The notes: a model not told the origin generated them from the letters alone. A stretch of DNA of 63,496 bases, filler included, from Chiloscyllium plagiosum (GCF_004010195.1; 4 parts of one record of this genome joined end to end with filler, not necessarily neighbours in it), one strand, 5' to 3'; positions 51,502-62,587 are shown, numbered from the whole stretch's first letter. Made by a program: numbers and translations.

Positions 51502-52031
51502 CATTGGTCACAGGTTGCATTGTTGCTGATTCATGCCCATTAGCTAACTCTCTATCCACACAATCCCTCCAAAACCATGGGCTATTATCTTACAACTTCC
51601 CTTTTGTATGGAACCTTGTTGAACACCTTCGACAAGTCCAAATTTAACACCTGTACTAGTTCCCCTCCATCCACACTGGTTGAGACTTCCTTAAAAAAGT
51701 CTAATAAATTTGTAAGACACTACTTGATTAGATTATGATTTTCCAAATGTGCTGCTATTACTTCTTTAATAACTGAATTCAATATTTGATTTCTACCACC
51801 TAGAATGACAAGGAAAACATGGAATTACAACTCTTAAAAGTTCCCTTCAATTTCAAAATATTTTGCTGTTCCTTCATCACTTCTGGTTCAAAGCCCTATA
51901 CTTTCCAATTTGACAGTACTTTAGGAATGATATTCCCTTTAATGTTGTGTGGCGTGTAGTCATTCATGGGTCTTGCACATGCCAATTAATGCTTTGATGC
52001 ACTGATGTCCAAGTCCGGAAATTGCTGTTGT

Positions 52032-52120
52032 TAGCGAGTTTTGAGAAGATTTGTAGCTCAGGTTAAGGTTCTGGACGTAGGTGTGCTTGCTGAGCTCAGC
52101 GAACACACCTACATCCAGAA
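52032..52120. mobile_element. Miniature hairpin element with a Poseidon-type 3' tail
   Basis: 26-bp arms 52069-52094 / 52095-52120; tail AGCTACAAATCTTCTC shared with 51328-51343; TSD AAT(T/C)GCTGTTGT. Confidence 0.7.
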
Positions 52121-53584
52121 TCGCTGTTGTGCTCAGACTTTAGAGAGCTTTCTAGCAGCAGCAGAAATGATAGGAAATGGAGTATGGGCGGTTACATCAT
52201 GTGAATAACGACAAGAAGGCTGATTACCACCACTTTTTTAAGGGCAGTTTGGGATAAGAAATGAATGCAAACCTTATTATCAGCGTACACATCACGTGAA
52301 TAAATAAAAAATGTTCCTTTGTACACAGTCCGACTACAGTCATTGGCTTCCTCTAATGCTCATTGCCTTAAGTTTTACAAAATTCCACATTTAGTCAAAT
52401 TCTGCCTTGACTTCAATGGCAGTCACACTCACCTCATTCCAGGAATTCACAGGAATGGGGTGTTTTTATCCACATTTGCACCAAGTCTGAAAGTCAAAAG
52501 CTAAGTGATCCTAACATAACCCCAAGCTGAGCATTGGTGAGCAGGCTCTGAGTCAATGCTGTTTGATAGTAGTTTCAACAATCTCATCACTCCACTGATG
52601 ATCTAATTGACCGACAGATTAATTGATTGGGTACTTAGGATGTAGCTGGGCAATTTCCTTTATTTGTGAAGGTGAAGTTTTAGATGAGGGAACAAGGGAG
52701 AAAGGTTCCGCTGTCAGGTCGTTCTTCACACAAACGGCACTCAATACTAGCAATGCAATTGAAAGGAAGGAAACAGTGAAGACGACCCTCAACAGGTGTA
52801 GTAGCATTAGCAGAGTGCCAAATTAAACATGACAATTCTCCTGAACTAATTCATTGCTGCTCCAGTGTTTTTTTTGTACCAGGTTTTTAATCTGCAGTTT
52901 TGTTTGACACCTTCAGTTTTCCAATTTCCATGATGTTTTTTTTTTACTCAAAGGGTTGTGAATCTTTGGAATTCTCTATCCCAAAAGGTTTTGGAAGGTC
53001 AGTCTTTGAGTATGCTTAAGGTTGAGATTGATAGATTTCTGATGACCAATGGGGTTATGGGGGTTGGGATGAATAAATGTGTTGGATAAGCCGTAAATGT
53101 TAGAGTTGGCTGAATTGCCTCCTCCTGTTCCTCTGTTCCCTATAATACATTGGAAAAATATATAGACCAATGCATAAATTTAAAAGTCATCAAGGAATCT
53201 GGAGAGCAAGCAGGAATATGAGACTGAGATAGAGGATTAGCCAGAGGGGATTTGAAGGGCCAAATGGCTTATTCCTTCGAGTTTCTATTAAGATGTCTTC
53301 TATTCTACCTGTACAGAAATGTTAATACATATCTTTGGAGCACATGTTAATTAAACCTAGGCCTCCTGGTTTAGAAGTAGGTACAAAATCACTATGCAAC
53401 AATAGCTCTAAGTCCAATATTTTATAATCAACCTAGAATGTGGGTCAAATACAGGCAAATGAGACTAGTTGAGAAAACCCGGTTGGATGGACAAGTTAGG
53501 CCGAAGGGCTCTGTTCCTGTGCTGTATGACTCTATGACTCCATATCTTTTCTGAGGTGCAATGTTATTCGACAATTCATGTATC

Positions 53585-55149
53585 GCTGGATATCAGAGTG
53601 CGTCTGGGAAAATTAACAAACAGTGAAATTCACAACTAATATTGGAGGAACCTATTTGAGCAAAGTTCACAGCACAGAATCAGATAAGTTAATCGTTGTT
53701 TTAAGTGTGTCCAACAGAAAGACTGCAGTAGTGATAGAGTGGGTTCTTTCTTGATTATATATTTTTGGAGATATGTCTCTTGAAGAAACTTAAAATATAA
53801 GCCATAACTATTAATTTAACCTAGGGCAGTGTTTTGTAGAGGAATAAGACGGTGTTATTTTCTGGGACTGTAAATTGTGATGGAAAAAAAAATGGCCTTT
53901 AGTACAGTGATATGTACTTCTTGTCAGATGTGGCAGTTTAAAGAGAGTTTAAGGGTTACTACGGATTATATCTGCCATAAATGCTATTGAATGCGAATCT
54001 TATCAGGTTGAATGGATCGGTTGGAGAGCCAGTTAGAAGCAATGAGGAATATGCAACAGCAACAGTATGTGATGGATGGCAGTTATATGAAGGGGGGGAA
54101 AGTCTCAGGTACAGTCACATGGATAGGTTAACTCCAGGAAGGGTAAGAGAGGTAGGCACCAAGTGCAGGAGTCTTCTGTGGATATACCCATTTCAAACAA
54201 GTATGTTGTTTTGGAAAATGTAGGGGTGATAGATTCTCAGGAGAACGTCGCATGAACAGCCGTGTCTGGTATTGAGACTGGCTCTAATAAGGGGTACGTC
54301 AGCTTCCAAGAGATCAATTGCGTTAGGGGATTCTGTAGTCAGAGGTACAGACAGACATTTCTGTGGCCAACAGCAAAAAAGCAGAATGGTGTGTTGCTTC
54401 CCTGGTGCCAGGATCAAGGAAGTCTCAGAGAGGGTGCAGAATGTTCTCATGGGGGAGAGGGGCCAGCAGGAGGTCATTATCCATATTGGAACCAATGACA
54501 TAGGAAGGGAAAAGGTTGAGATTCTGAAGGGAGATTGCAGAGAGTTAGGCAAAAATTTAAAAAGGAGGTCCTCGAGAGTAGTAATATCTGGATTACTCCT
54601 GGTGCTACGAGCTAGTGAGGGCATGAATAGTAGGATAGAGCAGATGAATGCATGGCTGAGGTGCTGGTGTAGGGGAGAGGGATTCACATTTTTGGATCAT
54701 TGGAATCTCTTTTGGGGTAGAAGTGACCTGTACAAGAAGGACGGATTGCACCTAAATTGTAAGGGGACAATTGTAACATACTGGCATGGAAATTTGCTAG
54801 AGCTGCTCGGGAGGATTTAAACTAGTAAAGTGATAGTGGGGGGGGGGGGGAGATCCAGGGAGATAGTGAGAAAGGAGATCAATCTGAGACTGGTATAGTT
54901 GAAAACAGAAGTGAGTCAAACAGTCAGGGCAAGCAAGGACAAGGTAGAAATAAACTGCATTTATTTCAATGCAAGGGACCTAACAGGGAAGGCAGATGAA
55001 CTCAGGGTATGGTTCGGAACATGGGACTGAGATATCATAGCAATTACAGAAACATGGCTCAGGGATGGGCAGGACTGGCAGCTTAATGTTCCAGGATACA
55101 AGTGCTACAGGAAGGATAGAAAGGGAGGCAAGAGAGGAGGGGGAGTGGC
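53585..55149 (+). mobile_element. CR1 LINE 5' half: ORF1 (CxxC-x16-CxxC finger plus SGNH/GDSL esterase) and start of the ORF2 APE endonuclease; degenerate
   Basis: MAFSTVICTSCQM...ICHKC at 53892; GDSVVRG...FPGA...HIGTND...DGLHLN; FNAR...IAITETWL...YRKDR...RGGGVA. Confidence 0.9.
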
Positions 55150-55249
55150 NNNNNNNNNNNNNNNNNNNNNNNNNNNNNNNNNNNNNNNNNNNNTTAATTA
55201 ATTAANNNNNNNNNNNNNNNNNNNNNNNNNNNNNNNNNNNNNNNNNNNN
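55150..55249. other. Artificial scaffold linker
   Basis: N44-TTAATTAATTAA-N44. Confidence 0.95.
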
Positions 55250-55721
55250 GAAGGATGTGGAAGCTTTGGAGAGGGTGCAGAGAAGATTTACCAGGATGTT
55301 GCCTGGAATGGAGAGGAAGTCGTACGAGGCTAGGTTGAGAGTTCTCGGCCTTTTCTCGTTGGAACGGCGAAGGATGAGGGGTGACTTGATAGAGGTTTAT
55401 AAGATGATCAGAGGAATAGATAGAGTAGACGGTCAGAAACTTTTTCCCCGGGTACAACAGAGTGTTACAAGGGGACATAAATTTAAGGTGAAGGGTGGAA
55501 GGTATAGGGGAGATGTCAGGGGTGGGTTCTTTACCCAGAGAATGGTGGGGGCATGGAATGCGCTGCCTGTGGGAGTGGCAAAGTCAGAATTATTAGCGAC
55601 CTTTAAGCGGCAATTGGAGAGGTACATGGATGGGTGCTTAAGCTAGGACAAATGTTCGGCACAACATCGTGGGCCGAAGGGCCTGTTCTGTGCTGTATTG
55701 TTCTATGTTCTATGTTCTATG
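55250..55721 (+). mobile_element. Young CR1 LINE 3' end with (TTCTATG)n tail
   Basis: ALERVQRRFTRMLPG...RGDLIEVYK...TRGHKFK...WNALP. Confidence 0.92.
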
Positions 55722-56125
55722 AATAGATGAAGAACATATGCTGGAAATCTGGAAACCCAGGACCAGCATCAGTGTCCAGTGGATTTGGAGCTGTACCTTA
55801 CTGTGGAGCTTCCCACCATAGGTGACCTCACAATGGGGTGAAGATGCAGGGGAGCCACTGTTGTTTGTCATTCATGGAATGCTGTGCAGATGAGAGAGTG
55901 CCCTGCTCTGTTTAGTTCTATGTTCTATGTTCTATGAATAGATGAAGAACATATGCTGGAAATCTGGAAACCCAGGACCAGCATCAGTGTCCAGTGGATT
56001 TGGAGCTGTACCTTACTGTGGAGCTTCCCACCATAGGTGACCTCACAATGGGGTGAAGATGCAGGGGAGCCACTGTTGTTTGTCATTCATGGAATGCTGT
56101 GCAGATGAGAGAGTGCCCTGCTCTG
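55700..56125 (+). repeat. 211-bp direct tandem duplication (period 215)
   Basis: 55700-55910 equals 55915-56125, no mismatch seen. Confidence 0.95.
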
Positions 56126-57476
56126 CTTACAGTTTGATGCCAGAATGCTGTGTCATGCTGTCCAGTGATTCTGTTGGGGTCACCATGATTTTGGAATGGC
56201 CCCTCCATATCAGGTTTCCATGTTGGTCACATCTAGGAATTTGTACCATCACCGTCCAGATGGAGGATTCCACTTGATCCTCAGAATCTGTTCTTCTGAC
56301 AATTAGAGGATGCACCAAAGTTGTGGGATAGATAATGGGGATCCATGAAAGTTGCAGCGTTGTGCTGAGCTCTTCAGAAGGAGCTATCTCCTAAGCATCC
56401 TATAGCCCATCAGATAAGCCAATGCAAAACAGGCAGGATTTCTTGTGAGCCTCATTCGGGGGAACTCAGTTGTGAGAAGTTATCTTTCACTGATTTCAAG
56501 TGCGTTGGTGCTGCTGAACCCAGCACTCACTGTTGAATAGCAACTGCAAGTGAGATTTAATTTCATTTCTATATGGTTGATTTCTAAAAAAATGGCTAAG
56601 GTTACAAAAATAGATGGAAAATTCTTAACATTTGATTGTCTCTCTCTCTATCATAAGAACAGGAGTAGGCCAATCAGCCTGTTTCAACATTCAACGAGAT
56701 CATGTCTGCTCTGTGTCCTGGCTCCATATACCTGCCTTTGGCCCATATCCCTTAAAACCTTTACTGGACAAAAAAATTACCTTTCTCAGATTTAAAATTA
56801 ACAAATGATCCATCATCCATGCTGTTTGTGGAAGAGAGTTCCAAACATCCACCACCCTTAGTGTGTACAAGTGCTTCCTAACATCTCTCGTCTACAGTCT
56901 GGCCCTAATTCTCAGACTATGTCCCCGATTCTAGAATCTCCAACCAGTAGAAATAGTTTATTTTAATCTACCCTATCTTTTCCCATTAATAATTTGAAGA
57001 CTTCTTTCCAATTACCCTTTAACTTTTGAAATTCTGTAGAAACCGGCCCTGATTTGGATAATCTCTCATCCTAATTTAACTCCTAAATCCAGGTATCATT
57101 CTTGTAAACCTACATTGTACTCCCTCCAAAGTTGATATATCCTTTCTAAGGTATGGTGTCTAGATCTTGTCATAGTACTCAAAGGGGGGTGGGGTTTAAT
57201 CAGTGTTTTGTATAACTGCAGCATAATTTCTGTATCCTTATACACCAGTCCTCTAGATATAAGGGCCAGCATTCCATTAGTTTTCTTGATTATCTTCTGT
57301 TTGTGACATTTTAAAGGTCCATGTCCCTGAACCTCCGAGTCTTTTTAGCTTCATACCATCTAGAAAGTACCCTGATCTATCCTTTTTCAGGTCAAAAAGA
57401 ATGAGCACACACATTTTGCTTACACTGAATTCTATGTGCCACAGTATCAATTTTAAGCTATCATTTACGATGTCAA

Positions 57477-57580
57477 CAACCAAAAGAGAAAATGCTGGAA
57501 AATCTCAGCAGGTCTGGCAGCATCTGTAAGGAGAGAAGAGAGCTGACATTTCGAGTCTAACTGACCCTTTGTCAAAGCTC
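57477..57580 (-). mobile_element. Family C short PLE-derived element
   Basis: Homologous to 50610-50668 joined to 51353-51402. Confidence 0.85.
57541..57579 (-). ncRNA. Hammerhead motif with U3-A8 variant core (family C)
   Basis: AGCT TTGACAA A GGGTC AGTTA GACTC GAAA T GTC AGCT. Confidence 0.7.
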
Positions 57581-58729
57581 TACAATGTCTACAATGTCTA
57601 ACTTTGTCTCATCGGAAAATTTGGATATATGACTTTCTGTACCACTATCCAAGTCATTAATAAACAATATGAATAATTGAAACCATACACAGATCCTTGT
57701 GAGACACCACTGATCCAACCTGCCAATTGGAATACCTAGGCATGCAATTCCCTGGTTTTCCTCTTTTGCCAGTCTTAAAAAGCAGACTGACGTGTGCAAT
57801 TTTCCAATCCAGATGGATGACACCTGTATTTAGGGAACTTTAAAAGATTATAATTGGGGTATCTACAATGTGCTTCTGTACCTTCTTTAACACCCTTGAA
57901 TGGAAAAGTGTCAGGTTCTTGGGTTTTATCACTCTTTAATTTCATTAATTTCCTCATAACTGATGTTTACTTGCATTCACTTTATTCAGTCCCCAATCCA
58001 CTATTAATTTCCTTAGAATTTCCAGCAGACTACCCTCCTTTTCTACTGTAAATATTGAGGGCAAAATAATTTTTCAACATGTCTGCCATTTTCCCCTCTA
58101 GTCCTGACAATGCTTCATGCTAGTCTGGGTGCTATGGAAAGAATAGGTACTGCTCAGACAGGGTTAGAAAATTGTAAAGTGCTTAGGATGGCGATTTTCT
58201 GTACTTTCATTCATCTTGCAGTTAAAATGCTTTTAGCTCCCACAACTCTTGCTGGGAATTGCATACATATTTATAAACATGATAACAAATTTACAATGAA
58301 ATGCCATCCACACGTCACTTGTTTGCACTCATAAGGTCATATTTCTCCTTTCCCTCCCACTGAGTCTAAGTGCAGTCCTATTGACTGCAGCTGGAGTGGA
58401 GGGAACACAGTCTAAAATGAAACCTGTTTGCCGTGGAATTTTGGTGGGGTGACCTGAGGGTGGATATGACCAAAGGCCCAGACATGTTGAGTGAATCCTG
58501 TCCAGAGACAAGTTCACTTTCCTTGCCTCAAACTTCCATAAGGATAGGAGGCAGGATGAAGATTGAAGGCCTGGGGGTGGCAGATGAAATTTCTGATGAA
58601 CCTGTGTGTAGTTCTTCCTCTGGTTGGGTATCGACTGATAATACCCTGTCTCCTTGTGAGGAAGGGACAGCTGCACACCAAAGACCCTTGTCCCCTTATC
58701 ATTGTTGCTAAGTCCCAGTAGCTGGAAGG

Positions 58730-58940
58730 ATAGAGTGCAGCACTGTACATGTCAGCAGACATTGAGTGTGCTGGACCTACCTGGTCCAAAGTTGCCACCA
58801 GGTTCAGTGTGATGTCCATGTTTCCACTGGCTGTCCAAAGGAAAGCGGATGACCCTTCTCTCCATCAGCCTGCCCAGTGGGAGCACCAGGTCTCTGTCAG
58901 CAAATTGGAGTGCCACCTTGTCTCTATCAGCCATCTCTGG
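58730..58940 (-). pseudogene. Second degenerate Myb/SANT-like Harbinger ORF
   Basis: MADRDKVALQFADRDLV...MERRVIRFP resembles the N-terminus of the same domain as 41315-41530. Confidence 0.4.
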
Positions 58941-59019
58941 GCAAGTCCTCTGAGGCAATAGTGAAGGAATGATCCTGACTGACTGTACATGACCTGTTGC
59001 ACAGCCTGGGTGAAATATA

Positions 59020-59300
59020 GTTAAAAATCGCACAACACCAGGTTGTAGTCCAACAGGTTTATTTGGAAGCACTAGGTTTTGGAGCACTGCTCCTTCATCA
59101 AGTGTTTGTGGAGCAGGACCATTAAACACAGAATTTATAACAATAGATTACATTGTCATGCAACCAAAATGGTATGCTGAACAAACCTAGATTGTTGTTA
59201 AGTCTTTCATCTTTTAGTATGGGTTGCAGGTTTCCGCTCATTGAAAGCTGCTAGTACTTTCAAATGAACCTGTTGGACTACAACCTTGTGTCATGGATTT
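59020..59300. mobile_element. Family D inverted-repeat PLE-derived element
   Basis: Ends are reverse complements (ggttgtagtccaacaggtttatttg / caaatgaacctgttggactacaacc); degenerate hammerhead 59070-59104(-) CAC TTGATGA A GGAGC AGT GCTCC AAAA CCTA GTG. Confidence 0.7.
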
Positions 59301-60392
59301 TTTTTTAATAGATATTTTTATTAGAAATTTAACATTTTTACAAGTTTACAAAAATAAACAAAACTCTCAAATATAAACATTGATATACAATTAAATCTAA
59401 TATACAATAGCCAAAATTTAACAAAAGAAGAAAGAAAAAAAAACAAAAAAGAAAAAAAAACTCAACTATCTACTAATCTAACCTACAACTAACCAGAGTG
59501 TATATTTAAGTCTCTTACATGCTAGCCAAAATTTAACAAAAGAAGAAAGAAAAAAAACCGAAAAAAAAAAACTCAACTATCTACTAATCTAACCGATAAC
59601 TAACCAGAGTGTATATTTAAGTCTCTTACATGCTCAGAATGTGTTAACATCAGATATAATAAAACCGTATTCGTGCAGGATTCCTCTCCTAAGGGGCCCC
59701 GGACCAGCCAGGTTTGTAATCTCAATTAAATAAAAGCCCTTGTTAGGATAGCCGAGATATCTATATTTATGTAATTCAAGAAGGGCTGCCATATTTATAA
59801 AATAATTCGGTCTTTCGGTGCACCATATTTGTAAGGAAGTCAAGGGGAATACATTCCATAATTAATCTGTGCCAATTTGAAAGTCCAGGAGGGCCCTCAG
59901 CCGCCCAGTTCACCAAAATATTTTTCCTTGCACAGAAAGAAAGAATAGAAAATAGTCTCTTCCCATACATGTCCAGGGAGGGAAAGTTCGAAAAGCCCAA
60001 AAGGAGAGAAAAAGGGTCCACTTCAATTTCCGTGCCTAGAATTTCTGTCAGGGTACTTGCTACTTTAGTCCAATATCCACGGATCTTATGACAGGTCCAT
60101 AGGCAATGTACAAGAATGCCCACCTCTATCTTGCATTTGGGACACATTGGAGATGCTCCTGCCTTAAATTTTGCCAGTCGAACCGGTGCTATATGGGCCC
60201 TATGAAGTATCTTCAGCTGGATAGCCTGGGTTCTGTTACAGATAGTAATTCTTCTAGCGTTTTCCCAAATATCATTCCACGTTTCTATAGAGATTTCTAG
60301 TCCCAAATCCTGAATCCATGTTTTAAGCAGATTATCCATATCTCCCAATACTTCATCATGTAGTAAATGATAAATAGTACTGACAGAAGATA
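59298..60392 (-). mobile_element. L1-clade LINE 3' end (ORF2 C-terminal CCHC region, 3' UTR, poly-A)
   Basis: W..IW...QLKILHR...CPKC...HCLWTC..I..YW; poly-T on +; about 113-bp tandem duplication 59408-59522 / 59523-59633. Confidence 0.9.
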
Positions 60393-60492
60393 NNNNNNNN
60401 NNNNNNNNNNNNNNNNNNNNNNNNNNNNNNNNNNNNTTAATTAATTAANNNNNNNNNNNNNNNNNNNNNNNNNNNNNNNNNNNNNNNNNNNN
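60393..60492. other. Artificial scaffold linker
   Basis: N44-TTAATTAATTAA-N44. Confidence 0.95.
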
Positions 60493-60642
60493 CTTCAGGC
60501 TCTCTGCCTTTATTCCTGATGAAGGGCTTTTGCCCGAAACGTCGATTTTGCCTGTCCTCGGATGCTGCCTGAATTGCTGTGCTCTTCCAGCACCACTGAT
60601 CCAGAATCTGGTTTCCAGCATCTGCAGTCATTGTTTTTACCT
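60493..60642 (+). mobile_element. Family A PLE 3' end with intact hammerhead core (60512-60547)
   Basis: ATTC CTGATGA A GGGC TTTT GCCC GAAA C GTC GATT. Confidence 0.88.
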
Positions 60643-60649
60643 CATGTGA

Positions 60650-62250
60650 TGGGTTGAAGAGTGTCTATTTTAACACAAGATGTGTCAGGCATAGGGGAGA
60701 TTAACTTAGAGCAGGGATCGTACTTGAAACTACAATATTGTGGCCATTACAGAGATTTGGATATCACAGGGGCAGGACTGGGTGATTGGGAGTTTTCTTT
60801 CGACCGCCTAGTAGCAACAGAGACATGGAAGAGCAGATTGGGAGGCAGATTTTGGAAAGTTGCAGAATTAACAGGGGTCATGGGTGACTTCAACTTCCCT
60901 GTTATTGATTGGACCCTCCTTAGTGCAAATAGTTTGGATGAAGCAGAATTTGTCAGGTGTGTCCAGGAAAGATTCTTGACTCAATATATAAGTAGGCCAA
61001 CAGGAGGGGTGGCCATATTGCAATTGGTGCTTGGCAATGAACCAGGTCAGGTGCCAGATATTTTGGTGGGACAGCATTTCTGTGATAGTGATGACAACTC
61101 CTTGACTTTTACTATAGTCATGGAGAGAGAGACAGGAGCAGACAGTATGAGTAAGTATTTAATTGGGGAAAGGGGAATTTGAATGCTATTTGGCAGGAAC
61201 TGCGGAGCCTAAATTGGGAACAGATATTCTGAGGGAAATGCACAGCAGAAATATAGAGGTTCTTTAGGGAGCACTTGCTGTGAGTGCTGGATAGGTTTCT
61301 CCAACTGAGGCAAGAAAGGGATGGTGGGTTGAGGGAACTTTGGATGAAAAGAGTTGTGGAATATCTAGTCAAGAGGAATAAGGAAGCTTACTTAAGGTTG
61401 AGGAAACAAGGATCAGACAAGGTTCTAGAGGATTATAAGGTAGCCAGGAAGGAATTGAAGAATGGACTTCGGAGAGTTAGAAGGGGGCATGAAAAAGACT
61501 TGGCATGTAGGATTAAGGAAAACCCCAAGGTGTTCTACACTGATTCGAGGAAGAAGAGAAAGGCCAGAGTGAGTTTTAGGGCCAATCAGGAATAGTAGAG
61601 GAACTTGTGTCTGCAGTCAGAGGAGGTAGGGGAGGTCCTTAATGAACACTTTGCTTCAGTATTCAGTACTGAGAGTGAACTTGACATTTGTGAGGACAGT
61701 GTGGACAGAAGGAGGATGTGCTGGAAATTTGAAAAACATGAAGATAGATAAGTCCCCTGGGCCAGATGGGATATACCCAAGATTAGTACGGGAAGCAAGA
61801 GAAGAGATTGCTGCACTTTTTGTGATGATATTTGTGTCCTCACTGTCCACTGGAGTAGTACCAGATGATTGGAGGGTGGCAAATGTTATTCCCTTCTTCA
61901 AGAAAGGGAATTGAGATAACCATAGGAATTACAGACCAGTCAGTCTTATGGCAGTGATGGGCAAATTATTGGAGAGAATTCTGAAAGACCGGGTTTATGA
62001 TTACTTGGAAAACTATAGTTTGATTAGAGATAGTCAGCGTGGCTTAGTGAGGAGCAGGTCATGCCTCACAAGTCTTATTGAATTCTCTGAGGATGTGACA
62101 AAATACATTGAAGGTCGAGCAGTGGATGTGGTGCATATGGATTTTAGCAAGATGCTTGATAAGGTTCCCTGTGATAGTCTCATTCAGAAAATAAGGTGTA
62201 TGGGATACAAGGAAATCTAGCTGTCTGGATGCAGAATTGGCTGGCCATAG
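60650..62250 (+). mobile_element. CR1 LINE ORF2 fragment (APE C-terminus, linker, RT N-terminus), degenerate
   Basis: MGDFNFP.IDW, SDDN, KSPGPDGIYPR, VPDDWRVANVIP.FKKG, SCLTSLIEF, MDFSK..DKVP. Confidence 0.92.
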
Positions 62251-62252
62251 TA

Positions 62253-62587
62253 AATGCTGAAAATATGTTGCTGAAAAAGCGCAGCAAGTCAGGCAGCATC
62301 CAAGGACCAGGAGAATCGACGTTTCGGGCATGAGCCCTTCTTCAGGAATGAGGAAAGTGTGCCAAGCAGGCTAAGATAAAAGATAGGGAGGTAGGGCTTG
62401 GGGGAGGGACGTTGGAAATTGTGGTTGGAGGGTTCCTAGGCAGAAGATGAGGTGCTCTTCCTCCAGCCGTCATGTTGCTATGGACTCAGATATAGGAACC
62501 CTCCAACCACAAGGGATGAACTCAGATATAGCAACATGATGGCTGGAGGAAGAGTGCCTCCTCTTCCACCTAGGAACCCTCCAACCA
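62253..62587 (-). mobile_element. Rearranged Neptune-type PLE piece with intact hammerhead core (62314-62349)
   Basis: Family A arm, internal deletion, then inverted repeat 62421-62481 / 62528-62587. Confidence 0.8.

Larger units (their letters stand above)
48765..51785 (-). mobile_element. Old CR1 LINE hosting several nested insertions
   Basis: RTEKRRNFFSQ...WNSLP, PQETVLGSQLLTIYINDL...KFADNTKI; interrupted at about 48812, 49161, 49885 and 50569. Confidence 0.8.
56650..58090 (-). mobile_element. Old CR1 LINE fragment
   Basis: LFILFINDLDSG...SKFSDETKL and LKSDKTQEPD motifs; CR1 tail near 56650. Confidence 0.75.

Noticed and set aside
54272..54820. Cellular GDSL/SGNH esterase gene
   Set aside because: It is the esterase domain of CR1 ORF1, lying between the zinc finger and the ORF2 endonuclease, with stops and frameshifts around it.
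30808..60492. TTAATTAATTAA palindrome centred in three 100-bp N blocks
   Set aside because: Identical N44-12-N44 layout with stops in all frames marks an artificial scaffold spacer; adjacency across these joins is not guaranteed.
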